Part shown: positions 49,823 through 63,302 of the stretch, one piece after another
Position numbering within the stretch: the first letter of the stretch is position 1
Layout: the number at the start of each line of letters is the position of its first letter
Assembly (NCBI RefSeq): GCF_006345805.1
Contig: NW_021835956.1
Location: 106,372 to 170,371 of the forward strand
Direction of reading: 5' to 3'
From: Octopus sinensis
Taxonomy: Eukaryota
Length of the DNA: 64,000 nucleotides
Made by a program: the position numbers and the translations under genes
The notes under the pieces: model-generated
What the model saw: the letters and a program-made list of their open reading frames with translations, nothing else
Databases searched by the model: none
What the model was told of the DNA's origin: nothing

Positions 49823-51799
49823 GTTATATGTCAGGACAGACATTTTTTTCTTTTGCAAATAAACCACTCACCTAATACTGTTCAGTATTTACGCATTGAA
49901 AAAATAATCTTTCTACTCGACTTGTTCTACAATAATTTCAATGCTTCAAAAAACAAACTTATGTCTGTATCATATGACATAACAATATCTTTTCAATATA
50001 CAATTTTATATCAGGAATCTTGCAAAACACATTACATAAATGTAATTGTATAAAGTTAATATCCTAAAGCTTTTTGAAAAATGAATGTATAATTATTCAA
50101 AACTAATACCGAATTCAACAGAATTTTTAATAAAGTCATACATACAGCAATACTGTTATATAGGATATAAGAGGTCTGCTACTAAATGCCAAGAAAATAT
50201 GAAAATGGTTATCGATGTCAAGAGAATAAATAAATAGAACTAGTTATTAAACACATTAACTTCATTGGTTACTCTTTCCTGCTTCATTTGTTGAAACACA
50301 GATAGCAAGACATACCATGGCACATCAAATAATTGGAAAAAATATATATATATATATATATTAAGAACTGCTATAAAATGAATTCACAGTTTGTACTAAA
50401 ATAGTAGAAGGTTGACGTGAAATTTATGTTGTTAATAGTCAAAGTTGTATGGAATATAAAGGAAATTTATATAGATTAATCCTGCAAACAGTTCAGAAAT
50501 AATAAATTTCAAGTCTTATTCCTGGAAAAAGCAAGTGGACTGTTCTGTTGATTTTGGTAATTCTCTGGTTGATACCATCTTTGATTGTTATATAGCAATG
50601 CTGATGGTATTTATTGCAGCTCTCATTAAGCAATTGGTCACGTAACAAGATATATCAAGAACTCCCATTCTACTCAAGTCATTGATTAACCTTAGCAACA
50701 CTGTCTAACAATCTCTCTTATATCATATTGGTTAACCAAGCTGAAACGTGAGTCCAATATGCTACCTACCACAAGCACTTTAGATATGCATATACATACA
50801 TGCATATATATACATATAATATATATATATACATATATTATATATGTATATATATATTATATATATGAACATATGTATAACCATATATGCATGTGTATAT
50901 ATATGACCATTTACATGCATGTGTGAGTGTGTACACACACACACACACATATATATAATGTATGTATACACAGACATATATATGTACACATACATATATG
51001 TGTGTGTATGTGCATGTGTTGGAGTGAGTGTTTACATGTGCGAAAATCAACAAAACTGATAAATTTGCCACTGTTTGAGTGAAGAAATATCTTTGACACA
51101 CATTAAAGGAATCACTAAAGGTTAGTGAAATTAATGCTATTTTGGACATTGCAAACTTATATGGGTGTGTAGGTGTACATGCATGTATGATTATGTATAT
51201 GAATTTGGCACACATGCCACAGTATGTGTTGGTGTATAACGGTTCACACATACACATGTATGAACATAATTTAAGTCTTCAATTAATACTAGTATGCTTA
51301 AACCATAGTAAATTAGACCTCTAAACAATTCAGAAAGCACACAAGCTTGCTATACATAGAACACATGCAATCTTTATACACACACACACACATATTATAT
51401 ACTACATACGTGTGTGTGTATATATCTATATGCAAACACACGTGCATACACACACACATACACACGTGTGACTGTATATAAGACCTTATAAATAACTAGA
51501 AATATATTCAGTCTATGAAAATTGAAGCTGACCTAAAGCAGCTTCATATTCAAGGTATTTTGATTTCAAATCTTCTACATGGATAAACATGTGTTTTTGG
51601 GCAAGTCACTGAAATGTATAAGTTTCAAATTTTTGGCACCTTGATGGCAGAACATAAATCTGTAAGTCAATGAGGAAGTCTACATGTGGTTGCTTGATCT
51701 TCATATATGTAGCACCAAATCTCCTTCAAATCACATCGAATCATCTAAAAAATATGAGAGGAAAATTTAATTTGAGTCATCAAGCCAAGTGAAATTGTA

Positions 51800-52070
51800 G
51801 TCGTGTCTGATGAGGACAGCTGTGTAAAAAAAAGTGCCAGTCTCTAACTGTGGAGAGAACCTGTGAAAGAGGTAGACCCCAGGAAACCAATGAGGCAAGG
51901 TGGTGAAGCATGATCTTTGAACGTTGGACCTCATGGAGGTGATGACACGTGATTGAGACCTTTGGTGATATGCCATGCTTGAGGAGACTCGTAAGACACG
52001 TAATTGGCATTTGTGCCGTGACATATAAAGCACCCAAGCTGGTGCAGTAAAATGCACCCATTACACTGTT
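51800..52070 (+). mobile_element. RTE 3' fragment
   Basis: DEDSCVKKCQSLTVERTCERGRPRK...VVKHDL.TL. Confidence 0.75.
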
Positions 52071-52934
52071 GTTGTTGTTGTTGTTAAGCAACAAATGGGT
52101 AGGGTGATTAGGTGATGTCTAGGGCTTAGGGTGGGAGACCCAGACCTTGGAGAAAAAATACTTTGGTCTCTTGTTGAGTCGAGGGCTCTTTGTTGGATGC
52201 CGACAAACTGAGGGGCCCTCGAGTCAACACAAAAGAAAAAAGAAAATTAGCCCACAAAATGGACCACAAGGACCCTCCACTCTAACAATACCAATCTTCC
52301 TTTGATAACTCTTGTTCTTCCTCTGTAGAAGACCATTACAAATTGAATGCCTTTGACAACAGTTCTGATCAAGAGTGAGCTGGAGCAAAACAACTGTAAA
52401 TACATAGGAGGAATCAAAGTTTGTCTTTCCAACTTAAATAGTTAAAAAGAAGCTCAACAATCAAATTAACAAATATGATTTGATACCTTTTCTTGAAAGT
52501 TTAACTTTTCATATACATAGAAGCTAAAGATGCCCAGTTTGGGAATATAAATAAAAATGAAAATTAAACCTGAGAAGAAAAAAAACAACAAAAAGGTTTT
52601 CTATTGAAAAATGACAGCTGAGATGTTTATTTAAATATCACACATTTAAAAAGAACAATCGAGATAGGATTAAAAAAAAGTGATAGGATCAAACCATCTA
52701 TGTATTACTGGCCAGGCAACCACACTGCTGATTACAATAGAGTGCACCTATCATTTGCCATATTCAATTAACAGAATAACCTAGCCTGAAAATGCTAAGA
52801 GACTATTAAATTGTCATCTAAAGACAAAATAACAGAAACAAGCACCTGCTCCCCATCCTTCTCTAATATTTAACCTATCATCCTCTAGCATAAAGCTAAC
52901 CCCTATCTGGGGGTTCATAGCCTTGCAAGCTGCA

Positions 52935-53135
52935 TGGTGACCTCACTAGTGCCAGTGGCATGAAAAAAAAAGCACCCAGTAAACATTGGAAAATTGTTGA
53001 CATTAGGAAGAGCATCCAACAATAGAACCCTGCCAAAGCATTGTTGCTCCATGATGCAGTCCTTGAACCCATCAGATCCTATAAAATTGCCCAATCCATG
53101 CCAGCATAGAATATGGATGCTAAAGATGATGATGG
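52935..53135 (+). mobile_element. RTE 3'-tail copy (degenerate)
   Basis: GTGCCAGTGGCATG...TTGACATTAGGAAGAGCATCCAAC...CCAATCCATGCCAGCAT...GATGATGATG. Confidence 0.65.
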
Positions 53136-53867
53136 TGAATACAAGAGGAAATGACAAATACTCTATAATGAGGACTCTCAGCAAGCAATAAATATGTAGT
53201 TTGGGTTCTGTTATTTACTCTTCTCCACCTCGGGCTGGCACTTAGAATGTCCAACAGAGATTGTATTATGTAATTATTGAATTCATGTCGAAGTGAAAGT
53301 TCATAAGGAAAGTGATTGGGAAGGTGACTTGACAAAACGAGAAATCTATTCAAGCCAGCCAGCTAGCCATGTTCTAATAAAAAAGAACCAGCAGAAATAT
53401 CTATGTGCTATTGATCAGCAAATAGAAATAAAACAAAGTATCCCATGCAAAGAAATAAAGTCAATAAGCATAATGGAAACAATAAGACCAGCATTCAGTT
53501 TCATATTGATCTCAACCGTACCATATACAATAAGCCTCGGGATATATTGAAATCAGTTTCAATATTAGTGTTTCAAATAGCAATCATTTGGAACAGGTGA
53601 ATTATTTATTCAAAAACTCAAGCATTCGACTCTTCATATACCTATTCCAGGTATGAACAAACATCATACATCACAGGTATTCAAAGATAGTTTTGATTAT
53701 TTATTAGCAAATAAATGTAGGCATTTCATTAAAAAATACCCAATTACTATAAATGTACAGTTGAATGAAAGAAACTGGTTCAAAAAGACTAGTGTATTTA
53801 TAAACATCAGGAAAATTTCTCTTGAGTTAGTTATGAAAATTAGTTTCCTCATCTATCAGTTAATAGG

Positions 53868-54030
53868 TGCAGGCAAGGCTGTGTGGTTGAGAAGTATGCT
53901 CCGCAACTATGTATCCTTGGGTTCAGTCCCACTGCCTGGTACCTTGGGTAACTGTCTTTTTCTATAGTCCCAGGCCAACCAAAGCCTCATGAGTGGATCT
54001 GGTAAATGGAAACTAAAAGAACCCATTGTG
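53868..54030 (+). mobile_element. SINE family A head
   Basis: GGCAAGGCTGTGTGGTTGAGAAGTATGCTCC...GGGTTCAGTCCCACTGC. Confidence 0.75.
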
Positions 54031-54049
54031 TGTGTGTGTGCGTGCATGC

Positions 54050-54470
54050 TGATCTCCAGTTGTAAAGGAAACATATGGAAGGGGTAGACGGAGGAAGATG
54101 TGGGATAAAGTGGTGAGAAAGGATCTACAAATGTTGGGACTGAGACACCTGGCAGACTGTGGTCCTTGAAAGACACCAAGCTAAGTAATGCATGGTTGTC
54201 CTTGCATACAGGCTCGTCCCTGCAACCTCTCCAGCTGAGCATCTCTAATCTCATGAGGTCAATAAGTGCTGGTGCCACATAAAAAGCACCCATACCAGTA
54301 CTGCATAAAAACAGCCAGAACACCCTGTAAAATGGTTAGCATTAGGAAGGGCATCCAACCATAGAAACCATGTCAAAACAGACAGGGAGCCTGAACAACC
54401 CTTCAGCTCCTGTCAATCTGTCCAACCCATGCCAGTATGGAAAAACAGACATTAAATGAAGATGATAATA
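54050..54470 (+). mobile_element. RTE 3' fragment with tail
   Basis: VVKETYGRGRRRKMWDKVVRKDLQMLGL, then the GGAAGGGCATCCAACC tail. Confidence 0.7.
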
Positions 54471-55123
54471 CACACACGTGTGTGCGCACATTGTGTACGC
54501 ATCTACCCTTTGTCTTGACATTGCGGAATCATTGTAAATACAGATCATCATCACACAAGCAAGCTTGTTTGTTTCCAGTCTTCTACAAAAAGCAGGTCTA
54601 GCTATGGGAAAATATTTCCTTGCTTGGAAACAGGTAAGGGTTGGCAACAGCAAGGGTATCTAGCCATAGAAAATCTGTTTCAGCAAATTCTATTTGACGC
54701 ATGAAAAATTGAAAATTAAAAATGATGATCAGTATTAATTCATATTCTAGAAGTGAACTAATCAATATGACATAAATGCAATGATAGAATATATTTGACT
54801 ATCATGAATCTCAGTAACATTGCTAATTTATCATTCCATAGTGAACCACTAAGAAATCTAAACTATAAATTTACTACATAATTTTTCTATATTGTAAATT
54901 TACCTTCCACATGACTGAAAACATTACATTTCAGTTTGAAAAATTAAGGTTTCCTGTTTAATTAACAGAATTATCTTCTCCAGTTTTAGTGGATGAGAAC
55001 TTCACAGACATTAGCATTGATACTGCATAACAAAGTTGGGCTTTGAAGTACAGATGTAGTTCATGTACAGTTTCCATTTACAAAATTTCAACCACAAAGG
55101 CTTGGATAACCTGAGGTTATAAT

Positions 55124-55394
55124 CAGGGCTGTGGAGTCGGAGCCGTGGAGTCGGAGCCGTGGAGTCAGAGTTGGAAACGATTAAGGGGTAGTTGGAGTTA
55201 GTAAAACTGTACTGACTCCAACTCCTCTTTATTCTTTAACATAAACCACACTGAACATAAAGGCCTCCTCAAAGTACAAGCATATGCGTTATGAGTTATG
55301 TAGACCACAATCAATTACATAAAGAGTTGGAGTCAACGGTACCAATAGTAGAGGAGTCAAAGTCAAAGATTTTCATTTCGACTCCACAGCCCTG
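55124..55394. mobile_element. hAT-type MITE inserted into a SINE-A copy
   Basis: Perfect 16-bp TIRs CAGGGCTGTGGAGTCG / CGACTCCACAGCCCTG; 8-bp flanks GTTATAAT / TTTATAAC; internal GTGGAGTCGGAGCC repeats. Confidence 0.85.
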
Positions 55395-56719
55395 TTTATA
55401 ACAGAAGATATACTAATAATGTGGAGACTAAACCTAGAGCCTTGTGGTTTTGAACAAACTTAATCATTTATCCATATGTCTATTACCACATACAAAGATT
55501 TATTTAGAAGTCCCATGCTAGCTAGACTTCTGACATTACAATCTGCTGCAGGATTCATAAATCAAGACCCCAGAACATACTAATATTTAACAGTCTTGGT
55601 AGGATGAAAGGTAGTCAAACTTCACAATATTAAAGCTCAAAGAGCAAAGGAACATAACCAAATACCACATGATGTTCTCCTAAAGTGTGACTGTATAGTT
55701 AAGATTACTTTGTAACCACATAATCCACTGCATGGGATCTTTAATGTCTATTATTATAACCTTGAGTTCAGCAATACCTTGTGAGTGGAATTTCACATTG
55801 ACTTCTATTATATATGTGTGCATCAAACACCAATGTTTGTCAGTAAAAGATGTAAAACATTGGTAAAAAAAAATGGTACTTTACAATAAAATTATCTAGT
55901 GTGATAATTGCTCTACCCAACTGTGCATACAATTGATATTCTCACTGTCAGAAACAATAGAGGAACAGTGACTAGTCTATTGGGAACGTGTAACCAATAG
56001 CAGAATTGTGCACAAAATGCAATTTCAAAAAATCTGAAATACTTTTATAGAATAGTGTTTTATCCAAGGGGAAAACAAGCATTATTGGTATGTAACTAAT
56101 ACTGTTCTGCTCTTTGGAGCATTAAATGCAATCAAAATAATTCAGTCAATCTCAATACTGCTTACTACAATAATGTCCCATTTATGTGATAGGCACTTAC
56201 AACAAATGAAACCTTCATTGACAACCTTTTGTCAATACAACACACAAGAATTTACTGAAATAAATACACAGTATGTTGGAAATAAGAAATCAGCTACAAC
56301 AAGAGACCTTTTGAAATAATAATCAGTTGTTTACAGAATCTACTAGAATGAATTTGCTAAATAATCTGCTGCATGACTTTCAATGCAAAAGACGAGCACA
56401 CTTCTATGACGAACAGAACCTTACAACAACAGGTGATTCAAGAAGGAGCTCAAATGTCAAAGAAAAGATCTCAAAAGATTACCTGAGAAACACTTTCAAA
56501 CAACTTATTTACAAAGGAATGTTTAAATACTAAAATATATCAACAATGACATATGTTAAACTAGTATTAAATCAACTTTCAACCTTTTCTACCAGAATAT
56601 CTAGTGGTATTTGATTAAGATTCTTTGTTCTTCAAATCCTAACCCTGAGAACATAGTTTCTCCCCTTCATCCTCCTGAAGTTAATACCAAACGTATGGCA
56701 GTCAACATAATTAACAATA

Positions 56720-57050
56720 CTTACATGGTTAATTAGTTCAATTCACAGCAATGTGATTCCAGGTTCAGTCCCACTGTGCAGCATCTTGGGCAAGTACCTT
56801 CTATATCCCTAGGTTGACCAATGTCTTGTGAATGAATTGGACCAAAGGAAACTATGTGAAAGCCTACAGTGTGTGTGTCCCAACACTTGACAAGAGTTGG
56901 TTTGTTTACAACCTGTAACTTTGCTATTCAGAAAATGAGCCTGATAGGACAAGTACCAGACTTAGAAAATGAGTATTGGGGTTGATTTGTTCAACTAAAC
57001 CCTGCAAGGCAGTGCCCCAGTGTGGCCACAATCCAATGACAAACAAAATA
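56720..57050 (+). mobile_element. SINE family A (degenerate)
   Basis: CCAGGTTCAGTCCCACTGTGCAGCATCTTGGGCAAGT..., with tail GTGCCCCAGTGTGGCCAC. Confidence 0.7.
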
Positions 57051-58554
57051 AAGGAGGAAAAAAAAAATCACATATTTAAAATTACACAGAATACCCAAAA
57101 TTGCCAAATGATTATATCCAAGAATTATTTCACTCAACCAGAGTCCTGCTTTTTAAGAAACAGGAAATTTGAATTTTCAGCATGTACACCATGTCAAGAG
57201 ATGGTTAAAGTTTATTTAAAGTAGGTCATGAGTCACAGGTTTTAAACGCTGCTCTACTATGAACATTCCAACTGTCAAAGTCCCTCGACTTCTTAAATAT
57301 TCTTTTTTGTCATCTCTTAGCCACAACAAAGATTCTCATAAGGTGCATCATATATCATTGTCAAAATATAATGTAGTATGGTTATCATTTCATATAACCT
57401 TAGTCTACTTTCCTTACCCTAGATCTGTAAACATAATTTTACTTGTCAGCTACTACTGTCATATCAATTTTTCAAGCCCAAGCAAAAGTGCAATTAGCTT
57501 CAATATTGTCACTTGATCTACTAGAAATAGCAGCAAAATTTACAGTCATAGATAGCTATCACTAAATGAAAGATGGTTACAACAGGAATGTCTTTCACTA
57601 TAGATCTTCTCAAAGTTGATAAACATCAATTATGATACTAAAGGTATAAAATAATTTTTTTTTAAATGGTCATTACTTAGTCATTTCAATCCTTCACACT
57701 GTTTTATTCAAGTTTCATCAAAGCAAAAGATACATTAACAATTGAAATTACAAGTATTATAGTCTTCCAGCTCTTGTTAAAAGGGGAACATTCATGATGA
57801 GTTTAAGCTCTATCCTAGTCTTTTCCTATCAAGAAAGCAAAGATATTATCACCAGCATCAATGATAATTCTTTCATCAATTTTCTCACTAGAAAATAACA
57901 GTTTTGATTTTGAAGAAGTCACATGAGTTAATCAAAGATATGACATACAAGTTGTTAGATGCAGACAAGTGCAACACACAAATCTATTGTATTATATAAA
58001 CAAATACCATGCCTTCACCAAGCTAAAGACTGGACCATACTGCACACTCCAACAGTGATGAATCATATATAGGATTCAATGTGACTGTCTGCACATACAC
58101 TCTCCTCACTGTCCAATCTATTTTTGTAAGTGTAGTTCCAAGTAGACTTAGTCAGAGAACAATAGTTACTATTCCTCTGGTGATGTGCATCCTAACACTT
58201 TGTCTGGCATTGAGGATGCAGCAGCTATTTGTACATTTTTGTTTTCAATCACTATCAATGACTCACTTCTGACACCTTTTCACACACCCCTTATATTCAC
58301 TATTTAAATTATGTGATCTACAGTCAAACAGAGATTAGCACTAAAAACAAATTTTTATATCTATAAAATTTAAGTGAAATGGAAAATTGAGTAAAATGCT
58401 CAAATATGAAGCCATCATTTAGCTTCCACTTTTCCATATTTGCATGGGTTGGATGGTATTTGCTGAGACAGATTTTCCACAGCTTGATGTCTTATCTGTC
58501 ACCAACTCACACATGTTTCCAAGTAAGGTACTATTTCCCATGACTAGTCATGTT

Positions 58555-58690
58555 TCCAAAGTTTCCATCTACAAAATCTGTTCACAAGCCTTTGGTTGGC
58601 CCAGGACTATAGAAAACACTTACCCAAGGTGCCACACAGTGGGACTGATCCCAAGACCAAACTTGGAAGCAAACTTCTTACCACAAAGCC
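58555..58690 (-). mobile_element. SINE family A head
   Basis: Reverse complement of the head (CCCAAGGTGCCACACAGTGGGACTGA...CTTCTTACCACA). Confidence 0.7.
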
Positions 58691-58725
58691 ACAATGGCTA
58701 TAAAGAGGATGTTGAAATTATACAA

Positions 58726-59102
58726 TACTAGCAGTATCGCCCGGCGTTGCTCAGGTTTGTAAGGGAAATAACTATAAAGCATTTTTAGAGAGTTATAGAC
58801 AAAAAATGGAAAAAATGATGGTAATTTTTTTGAGAGTAAAAAAAGGTGGAGTTGCGTCCCCTAGACAATTTGCGGTTTGTGTTTCTGATTCTCGACCCCA
58901 TGTCGAATTTATCGATTTTTTTCAGAACTGGGGGAACTTTTCAAATTTTCGCTGCGTTAGTTTTGAATTATGACATTGGGCTATGTGTGTGTCAAGTTTC
59001 ATCAGAATCGGTTGAAAGCCGTGGTCAGGGTGAGGGTACAAGCAAACAGACACACAGAAACACGCACAGACAAACTGCCGTTTATATAGAGAGAGAAGAG
59101 AT
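58726..59102 (+). mobile_element. Non-autonomous Helitron/Helentron-associated (DINE/HINE-like) element
   Basis: Starts TACTAGCAGTATCGCCCGGCGTTGCTCAGG; CpG-rich relative to flanks; ends AAGTTTCATCAGAATCGG...ACAGACAAAC...TTTATATAGAG..GAT. Confidence 0.65.
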
Positions 59103-59960
59103 TTATTTATGGTTTACTAAAATACTTCTTTCAATCTTTTTGACAGCTTGCACTTTTTAATTCAACTTTTTTCAAGGTAGCCTTTAAATTATATGGTTCA
59201 AGGTGCCATGCTGAGATTGCCAATCCTTGAAATTGATTAATCAGTTCCAATAAATATTTCCAAGAACCTTATAACTGATAGAAGAATATCAGTTTCTTAA
59301 GATCACCTGCATATTTGCATTTCAACATTTACTTCAATAATACAAACATGGACCAAAGAGGTTTCTAGGAATATTTTAACATATTAAAAATAGCAGGAAT
59401 ATGTACCTCAAATCCTTATCTATCTCAAAGGATACATTGAATGATGTAGTCCTTGGTATAAAAAAAATTTTTTAAATACAAGAAAATCAAGGACCTAGAA
59501 TGTCTTAGATCATAGGTGTGCTAGCTCAGGACTGACCTTTGAATAAATATAAAACGTATTTACAAAACTGCCCTGTTAGACTTTTATAAAAGGTGGGTAT
59601 TATGGTTTTTTTTCTTTTTTTAAAAAAAAAATATCAAATTTGCAACCATCCAAATTCAAAATAATTAGCCTAAACAATTTCAAGTTTCAAGAATAGGTAC
59701 AGTAAAATACTGGCTCATAGAATTAATGTATTTTAAAAAAATTTTATGCATTTGTTTAGGTTGGCTAAGTCTGTAAATCCAGACATTACGTTGAAATGTT
59801 AGAACTTAGGTTTTATGACTACAATACAATACTGATATCATTTAATCAAGAGTCATACATATGTTCAGCTATGGAAATTAAACAAGTCAAGTGCTTTGAT
59901 AAAGTGCACATCATATCAGGAACAGAGAATTTGAACCAGTGACCTTGAATAGTTACAAAA

Positions 59961-61066
59961 TATTGAGTTATCCCATAAATAATGCAGTTTTTTCAATTGT
60001 ATGAACTAAAAGTCAGAGGGAGACGAGAGAAACTACCTGCATCATCAACTTACTATAAAAGCAGGTAGCAATTTTACCTTATTTTTATTCTTAGTTCAAG
60101 CTTGGAAGAGTGCAATTCAATTTTAACAGTTATTTTTTCAAAGTTATAATGCAAGTGACAAAGGAGCATATTCAGCATATTTTGCTTTATAAGTTCAATA
60201 AAGGCAACAACGCAACAGAAAGTGCGAGGAATATTATTACAGTATATGGGGATCAGACATAAGTGTAAGCCAGTGTCAACGGTGATTCCAGAAAATCTGA
60301 GCCGGAAACTACAGCCTAGAAGACAAACCTGCAGAACCTGGTGGAACAAAATCCCATCATAACTGTTGAGGAACAAACATAAAAGCTTGGATTTGGTCAT
60401 TCAACCATTCATCAACACCTGCATGCCATCAGAAAAGTCAGCAAATTGGGTCAATGGGTTTCTCACAAACTTTCCAAGTCTAATCACACACGCAGAGAGT
60501 GAATGTGTGCTCTTCTTTGCTGTCACATCTCACAAATGAACCTTTTTTTGACCAAAAGTGACTGGTGACAAGAAATGGGTTCTTTATAAAAATGTCAAGC
60601 ACCAAAGACAGTGGGTAGGGAAAGGAGAAAACACCAGCACCCCCAGGCTAAAGAAGGTCTTCACTCACATAAGGTGTTGTCTGTTTGGTGGGATATGGAA
60701 GATTTAGTCCACATACAGCAAGGATGACATTCCAAAGGCTGGAGCAGTTTGATTGGGAACAATGTCCCACTCACTATATTTGCCAGACATTGCCCCATCT
60801 GATTACCGTTTATCCTGCAGTCTTCAAAATCATTTCAATGAAGAAATATATGAATCTCTATAAGAGGTCAGAACAGTACTGAAGGAGTATTTTTTCATCA
60901 CAGACAAATGAACTTTGGAAGAGGGGCTTTCCAAGTCTACCAGATAGATGGAAGAGCATTGCAGAAAATGAAAGAGCATATTTTAGATTAAAAAATAACT
61001 TTATCCTAATTTTGAAAAATAAAAGGAGTTATAAAAAAACTGCATTATTTGTGTAACGACTCAATA
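59961..61066 (+). mobile_element. Decayed mariner transposon with internal deletion
   Basis: TIRs TATTGAGTTATCCCATAAATAATGCAGTTTTTT / AAAAAACTGCATTATTTGTGTAACGACTCAATA. Translation includes KEHIQHILLY.FNKG.NATE, LGQWV.HKL, VTGD.KWVLY.N, VWWD, PDIAPSDY, LPDRW; the region around the second catalytic D is deleted. Confidence 0.9.
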
Positions 61067-63302
61067 TAAGCAAATATGCAAATGAGAGGTATGATTACAA
61101 AATCTCTAATTTTTGAAGTGTTGTAAAATATTCTAAAATGTATTTATATACATATATAACAGAAGCAATACCTATTTAATACAAAGTTTTGACTAAAACC
61201 AGGATGCTTGCATTACCAATAACCACACTTCATGCAATCTCCTTTGGCTTTGGCATCACTTCTAAATGTGTACTACACTGACTGTGTTCTGTGATTGACA
61301 GTCCTACAGCTGTACCTCAGTCATTAATACCTCTATAAAATTAATGAATAAAAGTGAGAACATCATTAACTGCTGCCATTAAATACAGAGTATTCATAAA
61401 AAAAATATGTAAGCTACACAAAATGTAATATATAGTAAGCTATACTTTCAAGTACATAACAGCCAGTATTCAGATAATTTTTATGTACTACATACACAGC
61501 ACCAAGCAAAAGCAGCAGACCATCAGTATGAATAGTTATTTATAGCAGCCTTTACAAGTACGGTCAGAAATTGTTAAACCCCTACCATGTTTTTACGAGA
61601 AAAAGTTTGAGCTGCGATTCCTTAACAGTACTACTGGGTAGACTTGCCTACACAACGTAATGTATACTCTTGTACAGAATGGCAGTTATGTAATTCAGAA
61701 AACCAAGAACTTACCACGCCATCTTAACTACGTAAATCAGATTACAGTGCTAAGTCTTGCAGCAAATGGACAGTTAAGAAACACGTTGCCAAATCTGTTT
61801 TATATTTAGCAGTACTATATAAATGGTAACAATGTGACCACCACATACATTAGTCTTAGCTAACAACTAGTCAATGAAGTTATAGTAAAGAAAATGTGTG
61901 AAAGGATTCCTATGAAAAAAATATATAAAAGATGAAGCATAATAACAGTCTACTGAATGGGTACAATGCTAACAGTGTAGAGATACATAAGTGAGATAGA
62001 AAAATGCCATTGAGCAAAGTGAAGTTCCCCATAACCTAACCCCAAGAGAAAAACGTGTATCTTAAGATGAAAATTAAGAGTTATCTCCAAGACATTGTTT
62101 GGTGTCACTTATAACTATTACCTAAGTTAAAGCTCAGGATGGTAAGTAGTACCAAACTCAATGCTATCGAACAACAAGCTTATCTACTAATATGACCTTG
62201 ACCAAGTAAAAACAAAACAACTAGTAACGAAGATTATGTATGTGTATGTATATGTGTGTAATATATATACATACATACATACATACACACACATATTCAT
62301 TCATACAATGTGCATATATGTATACATCGTCATCGTTTAACATTCATGTTCCATGTTAGCATGGGATACACAATTTGACAGGACCCAACAGTTCAAAGAC
62401 TGCATTAATAGGTCCTCAGCATTTTACAGAGGTTTTCCTTGCTGACATGGATTGCACAGGTAAACACAGTCCAAGATACCTCTTATTCAAAGTTATTGTC
62501 CTCTTCATGGATTAGGAACATACAAAACCCTTCTTACCACCAACCACTTAACAGAGTCTACTGGATTCACTAATATCACTGCCTTGTTTGTACCCGACAC
62601 AATAAAAGGAGCCTTCACTGTTCTATATCGAATCTGTTCACACAGGTTAATGAGAGAGAGAGTATAGGTACATTTGTTTTTATATTCTTTTATTGGAAAG
62701 TGGTACACTGGTAATACTGGAGTACCTCTTTCAATTTTTATTTAAATCAACCTCAGTACTTATTTCAGTTTGATATCTTATAGATCTCTAGGTGTCAAAC
62801 CACAAACCATGAAGAGACACGGGCACCCATGTATATAATTCACATTTTCTGACACCCAAATTCTCCTCACAAGGTATGACCCGAGATTATAGATTGAGAC
62901 ACTTGCTTGGAGTGCAATATAATGGGGTTGAACACAGAACTATATGGTTGAAAAACCCCCATACCTGTGTTTTATATATATATAGAAAACATTAGTAAAT
63001 TAAAGTGCTACTTGTTTTTTTTTTTTATCAGAAATTAAATCCTTGAACTCTCTACTTTAAAACAATGTAACAGTTTATTTTCCCCCCATTACACTATTTA
63101 CAGTGATTATAAAAAACATTTCTCAGGTAAAATAAAATCAAAGCACAATATGGCAGATCTTTTAGATTCGTGTTAGTAATTTGAAAAGGGACAGTATTCT
63201 CAGAAAGGGGAATGGATTTGAGAAGGGAATGAAGGAAACTAAGAAATAAAAAAAAGACAAATTTAGACAAAGTATTGTCGATATAATTTAGACACATGGT
63301 AG

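Noticed and set aside
52224-52393. Exon-like readings on both strands (EDHYKLNAFDNSSDQE* on plus; 57 open codons on minus)
   Set aside because: Equally good acceptors on both strands and no recognisable homology; unresolved without RNA data.
56327-56533. 68-aa plus-strand ORF
   Set aside because: Weak polypyrimidine tract, no homology recognised, and it lies antisense within UTR-like sequence.
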